Source: Macrostomum lignano
Lineage: Eukaryota
DNA: 64,000 nucleotides
Reading direction: 5' to 3'
NCBI GenBank assembly: GCA_002269645.1
Contig: NIVC01002210.1
Coordinates: 62,001-126,000 of the forward strand
Position numbers and translations under genes: made by a program. The notes under the pieces were generated by a model. That model had not been told where the DNA came from and did no database searches. It was given only the letters and a program-made list of their open reading frames with translations. Of the stretch, positions 1 to 19,000 are shown piece by piece. How positions within the stretch are numbered: position 1 is the stretch's first letter; every line of letters starts with the position of its first letter.

Positions 1-2
1 CC

Positions 3-305
3 AACGCGGAAGCCATCTTCCGGGAGAACTTCAGCAGACAGAAATGCATCCGAGAGGCTTACGGGCCGGGAATCTACTTCTCTGAGTTCACGGATGAGTC
101 AGAAAAGTATGGAGACGCGCTGTTACTGTGCAAGCTGCTGCTTGGCAAGGAGGTGGATCACCAGGCGCGTAGGAGCTCCAGCAGCTACGACAGCATTCGA
201 GTGAGGCAATCTGCAGGTGAGCACTGCCGAATGCTGATCATCGCTCACCCAGACCAGATTATGCCAATGTACCGCATCTTCACTAAAAACAAATTCAAGC
301 AGTGA
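3..305 (+). CDS. 3' end of a PARP-family ADP-ribosyltransferase catalytic domain (5' part lies outside the window)
   Basis: Open frame NAEAIFRENFSRQKCIREAYGPGIYFSEF...LLLCKLLLG...YDSIRV...MLIIAHPDQIMPMYRIF..KQ*. It carries the YGxGIYF, LCxxLLG, YDS and QIxPxY hallmarks of the PARP catalytic fold. Stop TGA at 303-305. Confidence 0.8.
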   Translation, partial: NAEAIFRENFSRQKCIREAYGPGIYFSEFTDESEKYGDALLLCKLLLGKEVDHQARRSSSSYDSIRVRQSAGEHCRMLIIAHPDQIMPMYRIFTKNKFKQ

Positions 306-1703
306 CTCATCGGTTTTCTATGTTTTGAGTACGCGGAATTTTAATCATTAATTTGCTATCCTATGAAGTTGAAATAAGATCGTGAATTAGTTATGTATAA
401 ATATATGATTATAGTATAAATTATACCAATAATAAATTAATACAACGATTATGTATTATTATGTATATAAAATACTTTTAAGATTTTTTGTATATCATAG
501 TTATTGAAAAATGCATGCTTCATAAAAACAAAGTCAAAAATATTTTACGGAATAACTTACACAACCGAAAAATCCCTAAAAATGAAAATAACGGGCGGGC
601 GCAAAATTTTGTCTATCGTTATACCAATGCTTTATATCTACTAAGCCACGATGTCTGAAGAATAGTGCTAACGTATATAAAAGATATAAGCAATATTCTA
701 AGTGACTTAGTTATAGTAGGTGCGTAGGTGCATAAAAATTTTTGTCTTAGCTTTGTCTGTTTTACTTAAGAGACTGAGAAAAGTTCGTTCTATATACTCG
801 TATAATACACTTACTCAAGTTTTCAGCTATAACGTTACTATTTAACGCTAATTATTAATCTAAACTACATGTATTAACAATTATTTTTATCGATTGCTAT
901 TACTTGCAATCGTTCCAATAAAAAAGTAATTAAAAAAACCTAAGATGCAGCCAATGCAGTTTGCATTGGCATTGGAATTGCACTTGTGTTTCAAATTTTA
1001 TTTATTGTTTTTTTTCTTTAATTATTAATACTTATTCTTGAACAGAAGAAAATTGTGTTAAAATTGAATGCTTTTTTATCTACATGTACACTGTAAATCA
1101 ACGGATAGAAATCTATAGTGAGGAGCATTTGCAGTGCCTGGAGATATTGAAGTGATTAATGTTGATTGAATCGATTGGGGTGATTGAAGTGACTGTGAGC
1201 TCGAGCTCGACAAGAACAAGCCGTGAGGCGACAACCATTGCAGCGCCACGAAGACTCTTCAGGTAACAAAATCAACGCCAAAGGGAAATCTTTACACTGG
1301 CGACGAGCCATGAGTTTGTTAGGCTCAATTGAAGAGGGGAGTGAAAAATGGCAGCCAATAGCAGCTGGGACAGCTGGGTGGGCGATCACAGCAACGAACC
1401 AGCAGCACGCTACCCAGTGCTTTCTGTAATTGACTCTAATAGACTCGTTCTACCCGCTAACTAAAGTAGGCTGCACTTTTCGGAATAATCCTATTCGCTC
1501 TAATCGCCTGTTTACAACCCAGTCAGCTCCTTATAGCTACATACTAACCACAGCCAACTCTGCTTAACTTGCAATGCTTGACTGGCGATCTGCCTATGGC
1601 AATTTGTTTATGGCACTTGCTTGCCAGCCAAGTTCTGTCTGTCATCATAAGACTGAAGCTGAGCATTAACGCCATCCCAAGCGTTAATCCGCTCAGTGCC
1701 ATC

Positions 1704-4690
1704 ATGTTCGGTCCGGTGAACTACGCGGACGCACCACCGGAGCTGTGCTACAGCAACTGCCCGAGAATATACCCGGCCGCCGAGGACTCGAGTGCGCCAA
1801 GCAGTACTGCCTCAGAGAATTCGACCAGGCGACCCTCAGCCTCGGCGCTTTCAGACATCTTTCTCACTGAAACGGGTAAATTTATTTCATCCTATAAATT
1901 GATTGTTCCCAAATCTGCTGCACAACCAGTCCCATAAAACCTGACAAAACATCAATGACCCAACCCTGCTAGGAAGGGCGCTTTACCCAGTGAGGAAGCG
2001 GCCCTGCTACCTTCTGATTCGGTTCACTAAGCCTCACTGCAGGGTGCTGCGAAACTTCATCATATCCTGCTCAACCCGGCTGGCAGTTGTCAACGGCGAC
2101 TACTGCGGCATAGCAACCAAGGTACGAGCTAGTAGATTCGACAGAGGAGTTTGTAAAGTACGCCTTTTACCTGGCGATGATGCTTTGATTGTCGATTGAT
2201 TGATAGAGGCTCACAAAGGTTCAGTATCTTACCTGTTAGACAGGAGTGTCACCTGTTAGACAGAATTGTCACCTGTTAGACAGGATTGTCACCTGTTAGA
2301 CAGGAGTGTCACCTGTTAGACAGGAGTGTCACCTGTTAGACAGGAGTGTCACCTGTTAGACAGGAGTGTCACCTGTTAGACAGGAGTGTCACCTGTTAGA
2401 CAGGAGTGTCACCTGTTAGACAGAATTGTCACCTGTTAGTCAGGAGTGTCACCTGTTAGACAGGAGTGTCACCTGTTAGACAGGAGTGTCACCTGTTAGA
2501 CAGGAGTGTCACCTGTTAGACAGGAGTGTCACCTGTTAGACAGGAGTGTCACCTGTTAGACAGAATTGTCACCTGTTAGACAGGATTGTCACCTGTTAGA
2601 CAGGAGTGTCACCTGTTAGACAGGAGTGTCACCTGTTAGACAGGAGTGTCACCTGTTAGACAGGAGTGTCACCTGTTAGACAGGAGTGTCACCTGTTAGA
2701 CAGAATTGTCACCTGTTAGACAGGAGTGTCACCTGTTAGACAGGAGTGTCACCTGTTAGACAGGAGTGTCACCTGTTAGACAGGAGTGTCACCTGTTAGA
2801 CAGGAGTGTCACCTGTTAGACAGAATTATCACCTGTTAGTCAGGAGTGTCACCTGTTAGACAGGAGTGTCACCTGTTAGACAGGAGTGTCACCTGTTAGA
2901 CAGGAGTGTCACCTGTTAGACAGGAGTGTCACCTGTTAGACAGGAGTGTCACCTGTTAGACAGGAGTGTCACCTGTTAGACAGGAGTGTCACCTGTTAGA
3001 CAGGAGTGTCACCTGTTAGACAGGAGTGTCACCTGTTAGACAGGAGTGTCACCTGTTAGACAGGAGTGTCACCTGTTAGTCAGGAGTGTCACCTGTTAGT
3101 CAGGAGTGTCACCTGTTAGTCAGGAGTGTCACCTGTTAGACAGGAGTGTCACCTGTTAGACAGGAGTGTCACCTGTTAGTCAGGATTGTCACCTATTAGA
3201 CAGGAGTGTCACCTGTTAGTCAGGAGTGTCACCTGTTAGTCAGAAGTGTCACCTGTTAGTCAGGAGTGTCACCTGTTAGTCAGGAGTGTCACCTGTTAGT
3301 CAGGAGTGTCACCTGTTAGTCAGAAGTGTCACCTGTTAGTCAGGAGTGTCACCTGTTAGTCAGGAGTGTCACCTATTAGTCAGTAGTGTCACCTGTTAGT
3401 CAGGAGTGTCACCTGTTAGTCAGAAGTGTCACCTGTTAGTCAGGAGTGTCACCTGTTAGTCAGGAGTGTCACCTGTTAGACAGGAGTGTCACCTGTTTGA
3501 TGTAAGTGTTGCCTGTTAGATTTTCACCTGTTAAAGAAGAGTGTTACAAGAGAGCAGACGGGGATTCGTCCGCATTGCCGCCGTCAACCGCAGGTGTTCA
3601 ACGTGAAGACGGACGCCCCGGACCCGGTGCAGTCAGTCGGGCTGCTGCGCTTCGCCAGCACCGAGCAGGCCTATCGATTTGTCACCGACGAGCGGCACTT
3701 CAGCAACAAAGAATTTCTCGGCGGCCGCTTCGATGTGTGGTGCCTGTCGCTGCACTCACCGGATAGATCCGTGATGCCCAGCCCCATTGAACCCAGGAAA
3801 CTGATCAGCAACATGTGCGTCTTCCATCTGGTGCATGTGCGAGTCCATGCCGCCAAGCCTGAGGGCATGGACATGACGGCTGAGGCTCTGCAGCTGGCTG
3901 AGGCTGAGATTAGCGAGCTGCAGGTGCGAATTTAGTCTTTTACTCGGGTGCTGTGTGTGTTGAACTGGTGCTGTGTGTGTTGAACTGGGGTGCTGTGTGT
4001 GTTAAACTGGGGTGCTGTGTGTGTTGAACTGGTGCTGTGTGTGTTGAACTGGTGCTGTGTGTGTTGAACTGGGGTGCTGTGTGTGTTAAACTGGGGTGCT
4101 GTGTGTGTTGAACTGGTGCTGTGTGTGTTGAACTGGGGTGCTGTGTGTGTTAAACTGGGGTGCTGTGTGTGTTGAACTGGGGTGCTGTGTGTGTTGAACT
4201 GGTGCTGTGTGTGTTGAACTGGGGTGCTGTGTGTGTTAAACTGGGGTGCTGTGTGTGTTGAACTGGGGTGCTGTGTGTGTTGAACTGGGGTGCTGTGTGT
4301 GTTGAACTGTGGTGCTGTGTGTGTGTTAAACTGGGGTACTTTGTGGATTGGATTGGTTGCCACACACGATGTCAGCTCCCATTGGCTCCGCAGACTCGCC
4401 TGGAGGCCAGCCTGGCAGCTGTGGACCGCTACGAAGGCCGCCTGGTTGTCAGGGCCTCAGCTGGGGAATCGGGCAGCGCGACTCGAATCCGAGGCCAGCC
4501 GTTTCTGAATCCGCTGGGCGAGCCGGGCAAGTCAGTGTACGTCAGCCAGTGGCCGGGCGTGCGCCAGTTCTGGCAGTGGATGGACGGTCCGGACGGCCAG
4601 GAGTTCGGCCGCTGCATCGGAGAGCTGGCCGGAGTCGGCTTCGAGTCTCTGCTGTTCACCGCCTGTCTGGACTTTCGCGACGTTGTTTGA
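1704..4690 (+). CDS. 4-exon gene encoding a protein with two putative DUF1330-like (dimeric alpha+beta barrel) domains
   Basis: Exons 1704-1875, 1973-2121, 3594-3923 and 4394-4690, all GT-AG with matching phases (1,0,0). Motifs VGLLRFASTEQAYRF and DRYEGRLVVR...VYVSQWPGVRQFWQWMDGPDGQEF resemble DUF1330. The exon structure is well supported; the domain call is from motif memory. Confidence 0.7.
2231..3497. repeat. 20-bp minisatellite (ACCTGTTAGACAGGAGTGTC), about 63 copies, intronic
   Basis: Direct reading; period 20 is visible from the line alignment. Confidence 0.98.
3947..4336. repeat. 21/23-bp minisatellite GTGCTGTGTGTGTTGAACTGG(GG), intronic
   Basis: Direct reading. Confidence 0.95.
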
Positions 4691-5556
4691 ATTGAATTTG
4701 TAGTTATTTTCATAGGATACTACTTTTTGTTTTCAGAAGTAGGCTAAGAAGCGTGTAAATGCTATAAGAATTTTTTTCTTTTAAAAAGAGCATTTTCAAA
4801 GACATTAGCGGTGAACAGGTGGCACAATTGCTGTTAGGTTCCTTATTAATGCGATGCCTTTGCATGCATGCAATGTTTTATTAGAGTGAAATACAATTTT
4901 CGAATTTCAAGAGACATAAGACTTGCTCATTCAGTTGTTTTTTATTGTTTTATTTAAATATTTGTCTGCTAAATTTACAAGAAAACAAGCCAGAATTACC
5001 AAGCACTGCAGACTACAGTTTCGTGGCGCATATAATTTTAACGTTAGCATAAAAAAGTAAAGAATCTGTAAAATAAGTGGCATCCAGTAAAATAGAACGC
5101 TAACGATTTATAAAAAAAACACATTTGGCTTTTATGGGGCCTTAGGAATTATGTGAGTTAATGAGCGGCTAAGGAATTTGTGAGCAATCTTCAATCCAAT
5201 CAATGATTAGTAATATCAGTTGCAGGTTCAGAAAATCACGGACATTGCGTGTCTGATTATCCGAAAATTTTTAACAACACAATTACAGGCTACTATAAAA
5301 ATTGAGTAAGAAAGTACGCAATTTAACATTCAACTTCTGCAAGATTTTCTGGCGCACCAGGACGCTGTGTTATGGTCCTGGGGAGTGATGACTGTGCTAC
5401 ATATATGGTCTTGGGAGGGGTGCCAATGTTATTATCTCGGGGAGGGGTGGCTGTGTTATTGTCTTGGGGAGGGGTGACTGTGCTATGGTCTTGGGGAGGG
5501 GTGACTGTGCTATGGTCTTGGGGAGGGGTGACTGTGCTATGGTCTTGGGGAGGGGG

Positions 5557-6408
5557 TACGTATCCGCGCGCTTGTATGCCTGCTCAGGGGAGTCGGCGGA
5601 ATGGGCAGTAATGCCTCTCGCCGGTTGTGTGCCTATGTCGCTTAAAGTGCGCCAGGGTGCAACAACAACCCCTGCCTCTAATAAAAAAAATGGGTCCATG
5701 AGAATTGCCCGCAGACAAATTGCCCGCCGAGATTTGCCCGCAGGAGATTTGCCCGTGGAAATTTGCCCGCCGAGCTTTTCCTGCGGAGATGTGCCCGCAG
5801 TGCATTTTGCCCGTGAGCGAATTGCCCGTGGAGATTTGCCCGCCGAGAATTGCCCGCCGAGATTTGCCCGCAGTGCAATTTGCCCGCGAGTGAATTGCCC
5901 GCGAGCGAGTTGCCCGCCGAGTTTTTTCCCGCCGAGGTTTGCCCGCAATGCCTTTTTCCTGCAGCGAATTTAGCGACGCGGCAGATTTTGTCTGCATTGC
6001 CTTCCCAATGCTTAGTACGTGTTAATCTCAATAAAGAGATTTACACGATCAAAACGTTTTGATAGTAACTGCATATCAAAAGCATATTTTTTTTGGGGGG
6101 GGGGCAATGCAGACAGAATCTAGCTGCCAAATGCGCTGCAGGAAAAAAGCATTGCGGGCAAACCTCGGCGGGAAAAAACTCGGCGGGCAACTCGCTCGCG
6201 GGCAAATTGCACTGCGGGCAAATCTCGGCGGGCAATTCTCGGCGGGCAAATCTCCACGGGCAATTCGCTCACGGGCAAAATGCACTGCGGGCAAATCTCC
6301 GCGGGAAAAGCTCGGCGGGCAAATCTCCACAGGCAAATCTCCCGCGGGCAAATCTCGGCGGGCAATTCGTCTACGGGCATTTCTCGTGCTCCCAAAAAAA
6401 ATAATAAA
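5557..6408 (+). mobile_element. Short A-tailed insert (about 140 bp once the foldback is removed), probably a retroelement 3' fragment or SINE
   Basis: Unique sequence ending ...CCTGCCTCTAATAAAAAAAATAATAAA interrupts the 27-bp array, with AGGGG on both sides. Confidence 0.5.
5692..6393. mobile_element. Non-autonomous Mutator-like/foldback element, 702 bp
   Basis: Inverted arms of about 300 bp (about 5692-6003 and 6103-6393) built from ATTTGCCCGC subrepeats. Both ends read GGG. 9-bp TSD AAAAAAAAT at 5683-5691 and 6394-6402. Confidence 0.85.
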
Positions 6409-7371
6409 AGGGGTGGCTGTGCTATGGGCCTGGGGAGGGGTGACTGTGCTATGGTCTTGGGAAGGGGTGGCTGTGCTATGGTCTTGGGAAGGGGTGGCTG
6501 TGCTATGGTCTTGGGAAGGGGTGGCTGTGCTATGGTCTTGGGAAGGGGTGGCTGTGCTATGGTCTTGGGGAGGGGGGCTGTGCTATGGTCTTGGGAAGGG
6601 GTGGCTGTGCTATGGTCTTGGGAAGGGGTGGCTGTGCTATGGTCTTGGGGAGGGGTGGCTGTGCTATGGTCTTGGGAAGGGTGGCTGTGCTATGGTCTTG
6701 GGGAGGGGTGGCTGTGCTTTGGTCTTGGGGAGGGGTGGCTGTGCTTTGGTCTTGGGAAGGGGTGGCTGTGCTATGGTCTTGGGAAGGGGTGGCTGTGCTA
6801 TGGTCTTGGGAAGGGGTGGCTGTGCTATGGTCTTGGGGAGGGGTGGCTGTGCTTTGGTCTTGGGGAGGGGTGGCTGTGCTTTGGTCTTGGGAAGGGGTGG
6901 CTGTGCTATGGTCTTGGGAAGGGGTGGCTGTGCTATGGTCTTGTGGTGTAGGGGTGACTGTATGGTTTTGGGGAGGGGTGGTCGTGCTGTGGGCCTGAGG
7001 AGGGGAGAAACACAACAAGTTTAAGCCACATATCATGCACCTAACTTTAAAAAGTTCAATAACTTGATACAGATCACGCTTCTGCCATAAACTTCAGGTG
7101 TGCTGTGTGTGGAGATAGAAAACTGACTAAATTCAGAGCTTTAAAGAGCAAGAAAATTAACATTAACATAGACGTAGCGCATCGCGTTGATTGTGAGTAA
7201 GAAACGGAAGAGACGGAAGATCAACAACACGAAAGTATGATTATGAAATCGCGTTGGAAATCCTGTTAAACGTAACACGCTACTTGCAGTAGTCACAAAA
7301 CATAAAAGTCTTCACGAATTCAATGAAACCCGATTGGCAGCAAAGATTTCCCTACAAAGTGGATTTGAAGA

Positions 7372-13713
<6,342 letters not shown>

Positions 13714-16062
13714 GCGAAGAGATGGGGTGAGGGGCATGTGTTTCCCGCTGAGGATTTATTCAATCTGACTTAAAGAAAATTGACACTGACAGTTTTTTTG
13801 TAATTAATTATCTCCGCCCTAAAAATATGAAAATCATTTGTCACAATTCTTTAAAAATGATTTACAGTATACATGTAGATATAATAAACAATTATATTTG
13901 ACTGATAATAATCTATATAACAATTTATTAGTAATACCATATATATACTTTGCTCATAAATGCTAAATTTAAGGCATTAAATATCAAATAGAACTATTAG
14001 ACATTAAATATTTGATGAGCAACTTTTTGTTTCTAAAAAAATTGGAATGATCAAGTATAAAAATCTCTAAACTTTTTCCTGAAGCCTTCTCTTTTCCTGA
14101 AAGAGAACCAAATTATACAATCACAAAAACACATCTATGGCTGCAATCTTTGTGAAATTCTGCTGGGAAAACTTTAGGCTTTTTGTTACTTATATGCAAC
14201 ATAGTAGAAGTGAGCTCATAGTCTCAGTCATTTTAGGTAAATATATAATTTAGTACTAAAATACTGCAGTCTGTATATACTGAATACACAGAAATGCTCA
14301 GTTTTACAAGGAAATGCCGAAATAATTTTGAATTGATAGAATATATTTCTTATCCTGAATAGACTTTAATTTTATCGAAGGTTATGTCACTTGTTTATAT
14401 TCATTCCAATCTGGAAATATATAGCTAGTATTGTAAAAAATGGTACAAAAAAGCGGATAGAAAAGATAAATATTAAAATAAAATATGAAAAATATGATAT
14501 AACTTACCCATACTGTATTAAAAGCTTTTAAAGTTTTTATCTAGGCTGTCTGTGACGCATTTCTGATGAGCAAATGAAGCAGTTGAGTAATTAACTAACA
14601 ACAAATCCAATCGATCACTAAATCAGTCATACTGCTTGAAACTGTATCCAAGCATCAACATTGCAATGTTGTACTGAATATTTTAATCCTAAACCAAAAA
14701 TCTGGAGAAATAACGCTTATTAAAGCACTTAGCTTTTAATTTTAGCTAATAAAAAACTTTTAGAACACTTTAGTTGTCAGTTTTGGTAAAATCACTTAAA
14801 ATTCCGGTGTTTCCTATAAAACAACGATTTAAAAGTAACACGAAAAGCTTGCACGAGAACAAGTCTTTGATACCAAGAACGAGTTTTGTAATGTGCTATC
14901 AAGTAAAAGTAAGTGTCCCTTTTATATCTAAATCCATGACCATTTCATAAACACGCACTTTTTTCTACTCTCAAAAAATATTTTAAATATTATAAATACG
15001 GAAATGCTGTCCTTGACTATTTAGTGCTCACAATTTAAAATATGCAATGGCATTCAATGATAACTTCTAGTGATCCTTGTGCCTACCTCTGCCGTAATGT
15101 CAAGGTCGATTACTCAGGTGCAAAACTAACGAGATAAATATTGCAAGGCCGGTTTTTAGTGGTAGTCAGTATAGTACCATACCAAAAAATCAGCCAAAGG
15201 GCCAACGAACATGCAAATTTAGTCAGCTTCGCACATGCGCAATGTATGGAGTGCTTAGCTAACGTGCTCCTCGTATTACGCATAGACGTAGTTTTATGGT
15301 TCTCTTCTCAGAAAACTCTAAAACACCCAGAGTAACCCAGAAGTTTTTTTAAGCAGCAGATTTCTCCGCTAAAACATTAAAGCAAAAACCATTTATAAAA
15401 CAATAAAGATTTTTTACGTCTTTTTATATAGGCGTTAGTGAATTAATAAGCTCTTCTACAGTTTCATACATAAATGAAGCCACCTTGACTGCGCTTTCAA
15501 TTTATTATATTAATTTTGTACACATAAAGGACTTCACAAATTAAGTAGCAACAAAAACCAGAGTGCTACGAAAGTACATTGCGAAGTTAAGAGCACTGCA
15601 ACTGTCCATGAGCACTGTTATTAACGTCCTGCTTGTCAACAACTATATTCAGAAATTAATTACTGAGTTGTTGTAAGGTTAACAGGTTTGCCAGGACAAA
15701 ATTGAGTTAATTTTTTAAACATTACAATACATGACGCATCTTTGTTTATATGCAATAAATCGAATACAGATCGCGTGTGTTCACTGTCACATCGCAGTAG
15801 CATATAATATTTACAGGCCTACAAGTACAATCAATACGCGACTCAAGGTGAGCAATTCAAGACTGAAAAAAGGCGTGGAGGAAAGGCGCAAGCGAGCAAA
15901 CAAAACAAGCAACAGAATTGTACACTAATTTTGCACTTGCTATTTAATAATCGCAATTTTGCTAATCACATAGACGCAGTTAGCTTTAATTAGATAATCA
16001 GAGACATATTCGCAGGGTCTGTACTCTAATTAACGCAGAATTGCAGGAACAAACACAATGCA

Positions 16063-19000
16063 TCAATTGATCTCAAGGTCGATGTGCTTCACTTCTGGAA
16101 ATTCTTTCTTAATGCTAGCCTCAATTTCATTAATCTCGGCGCCAAGAATGTTAGTAATATTCTCGCCGTGCTTCATTAAGAATTTCAATGCCTGTTGTTC
16201 TGTCTCGATTGCCTTGATCTCCTGTGGATTGGTAATAGGGGAGTATATATGCAACCACTTTGCGACCTCCCTCTGCGCGCAGCCCCACCACCCCACTTTG
16301 CGACTTCATTCCATCCCGCGCAGCCCCACCACCCCACTTTACGACCTCGTCTCTTTCCGCGCAGACCCACCACCCCACTTTGCGACTTCATTCCATCCCG
16401 CGCAGCCCCACCACCCCACTTTACGACCTCGTCTCTTTCTGCGCAGACCCACCTACCCACTTTGCGACTTCATTCCATCCCGCGCAGCCCTACCACCCCA
16501 CTTTACGACCTCGTCTCTTTCTGCGCAGACCCACCACCCCACTTTACGACCTCGTCTCTTTCTGCGCAGACCCACCACCCCACTTTGCAACTTCCTTCCT
16601 CCCCGCACAGCCCCACCACCCCACTTTACGACTTCATTCCATCCCGCGCAGCCCCACCACCCCACTTTACGACCTCGTCCCTCTCCGAGCAACGTTACCA
16701 CTCTCAACACCAACCCCCCCACTAAATAAAAATCCATACCGACTCAAAACTCACCTGCAGTAGTTTGCCAGGCTGCTGAGTCTCCAAATAGCGCATGGTG
16801 AGCACAGCGCCGTCAATATCAACTTCTGCTTTGAGCCGAACCGAGGTGCCAAGCACCGTAGCTTTGCAGTCGTAGACACCGCGCACTACTTTGTGCCGTT
16901 CCATAACGCGAAGCATCGCGTCGCGCTGTTGTGCTGGCACACTTTTGCCGATGAGAGCCTGCCGGGTAGGAGTTTAAAAATGTTGCATGCATTTGTCATT
17001 CAGAAGCTGAATGCACCGGCTATTACCCTCGGCAGTGTCAGCAAATTAAGACACAACATTAGCACTCCCGGACACATCAATGCATCATCCAACGCTCCCA
17101 GAGCCAGATACAGCATCTTAACAGCCCTTACACAGCACCCAATACGTCCAGACACGCCATCCAACATCAAATATCTACAGACTCACCATCCAATACCTAC
17201 AGACACAGCATCCAATACCTACAGACACAGCATCCAATACCTACAGACACAGCATCCAATACCTACAGACACAGCATCCAATACCTACAGACACAGCATC
17301 CAATACCTACAGATACAGCATCCAATGCCTCCAGACACAGCATCCAATACCTACAGACACAGCATCCAATGCCTCCAGACACAGCATCCAATACCTACAG
17401 ACACAGCATCCAATACCTACAGACACAGCATCCAATACCTACAGACACAGCATCCAATACCTACAGACACAGCACTAAACATCCAAGAACTCAAGCCAGA
17501 CCAACCTGAGCATTAGTCCGCACAATGAAGCCGGCCACCCCAGCCAGCAGGCAGCCAATCACAACGGCCCCGGCAGCGTCGGGATAGGCGTGCCCAGTCC
17601 AGGCGCTCAGTCCCATGCCAACGGTGGCAACGGTGACCCCGGCAACTGCGGCCAGATCCTCCATCAGCACCACATTAGTAGACGGATCGTAGCCTGCCAC
17701 AACGAACTGCCGCAAGCTGATTTTCATCCTAGCCGCCTCCTGCTGCGCGTGTCTCAGCGCCATAATCAGCGTGGCGCCTTCGGACAGCAGGGAGCCGCCC
17801 ATGATGACCATGGCCCAGTACAGATTGTGCGGCCCGTCGGCAGCGCCGCTGAGGCCGCGCATGCCCTCGTACCAGGCCACCACAGCGCCGCAGAAGAATA
17901 TGCCAACGCCGCTAATTAGCGAGGACACGTTGCGCAACGGTGCGTAACCGTACGGATGCGTCTCGTCTGGGCGTTGCAGCGATTGGTGCAGACCGAATGC
18001 CAGAATGATTTGATTGAGCGTGTCGGCTAGCGAGTGCACAGTCTCGCCTAGCATGCTGTGCGATCCCGTGAACCACCAGGCCACCGCTTTGATGCCAGCA
18101 TTGGCCGCGTTGATGGCCACGGCTGTTAGCACGATTCGGCCAGCCTTGGATTGGACCAGGCTCTCGCTGGGCCGGTCTAGGCGGGCATTGTACCTGCGTA
18201 GGTGGATATGGGAGGGCTTAGTTTAGGATTAGCTGGATAGCAGATGGAGTGGGGTTGGTGTTGAATGTACACAGAGGGAGGGAAGGGAATCCTGATAGCG
18301 GAGTGGGGTTGGTGTCCAATGTACACAGAGGGAAGGGAATCCAGATTGCGGAGTGAGGTTGGTGTCTAATGTACACGGAGGAAAGGGAATCCTGATAGCG
18401 GAGTGGGGTTGGTGTCCAATGTACACATAGGGAAGGGAATTCAGATTGCGGAGTGAGGTTGGTGTCTAATGTACACGGAGGAAAGGGAATCCTGATAGCG
18501 GAGTGGGGTTGGTGTCCAATGTACACAGAGGGAAGGGAATCCAGATTGCGGAGTGAGGTTGGTGTCTAATGTACACAGAGGGAAGGGAATCCTGATAGCG
18601 GAGTGGGGTTGGTGTCCTATGTACACGGAGGGAAGGGAATCCTGATAGCGGAGTGGGGTTGGTGTCTAATGTGCATAGAGGGAAGGGAATCTAGTTTGTG
18701 ATGTGGGGTTGGTGCTTAATGTACGCAGACGTAAAGGGATCCTGATAGCGGAGTGGATCGGTGTCTATGTACATGAAGGACAGAATTTCCCGAACACTTA
18801 TCAATAGCACAACTCACTCCTCCATCCGCTCCTGCTCCATAGTGCTCTGGCCGTGCAGTTTCTTAAGTGCTTTCTTAATATTAAACAAGTTCGTCCGCTC
18901 CTCCAGCTGCTGCCTGGAGAGGCGTTCGCGCAGTCGGTCCAGAGAATCCTTACCGCCGTGTTTGGCGTAGGCCAGGGCTTCAATATCAGCTCTATTGTAC

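Larger units (their letters stand above)
5365..6990. repeat. 27-bp G-rich minisatellite (GGCTGTGCTATGGTCTTGGGAAGGGGT), split by an insertion at about 5557-6408
   Basis: The same unit occurs on both sides of the insertion. Confidence 0.95.

Noticed and set aside
950-970. Perfect 9-bp hairpin GCCAATGCA-GTT-TGCATTGGC
   Set aside because: Isolated, with no terminator or ncRNA context that I can support.
14560-14600. CTGATGA hammerhead-like cores (here and at 26106, 43545, 45600)
   Set aside because: None is followed by a stem II and GAAA in the correct arrangement.
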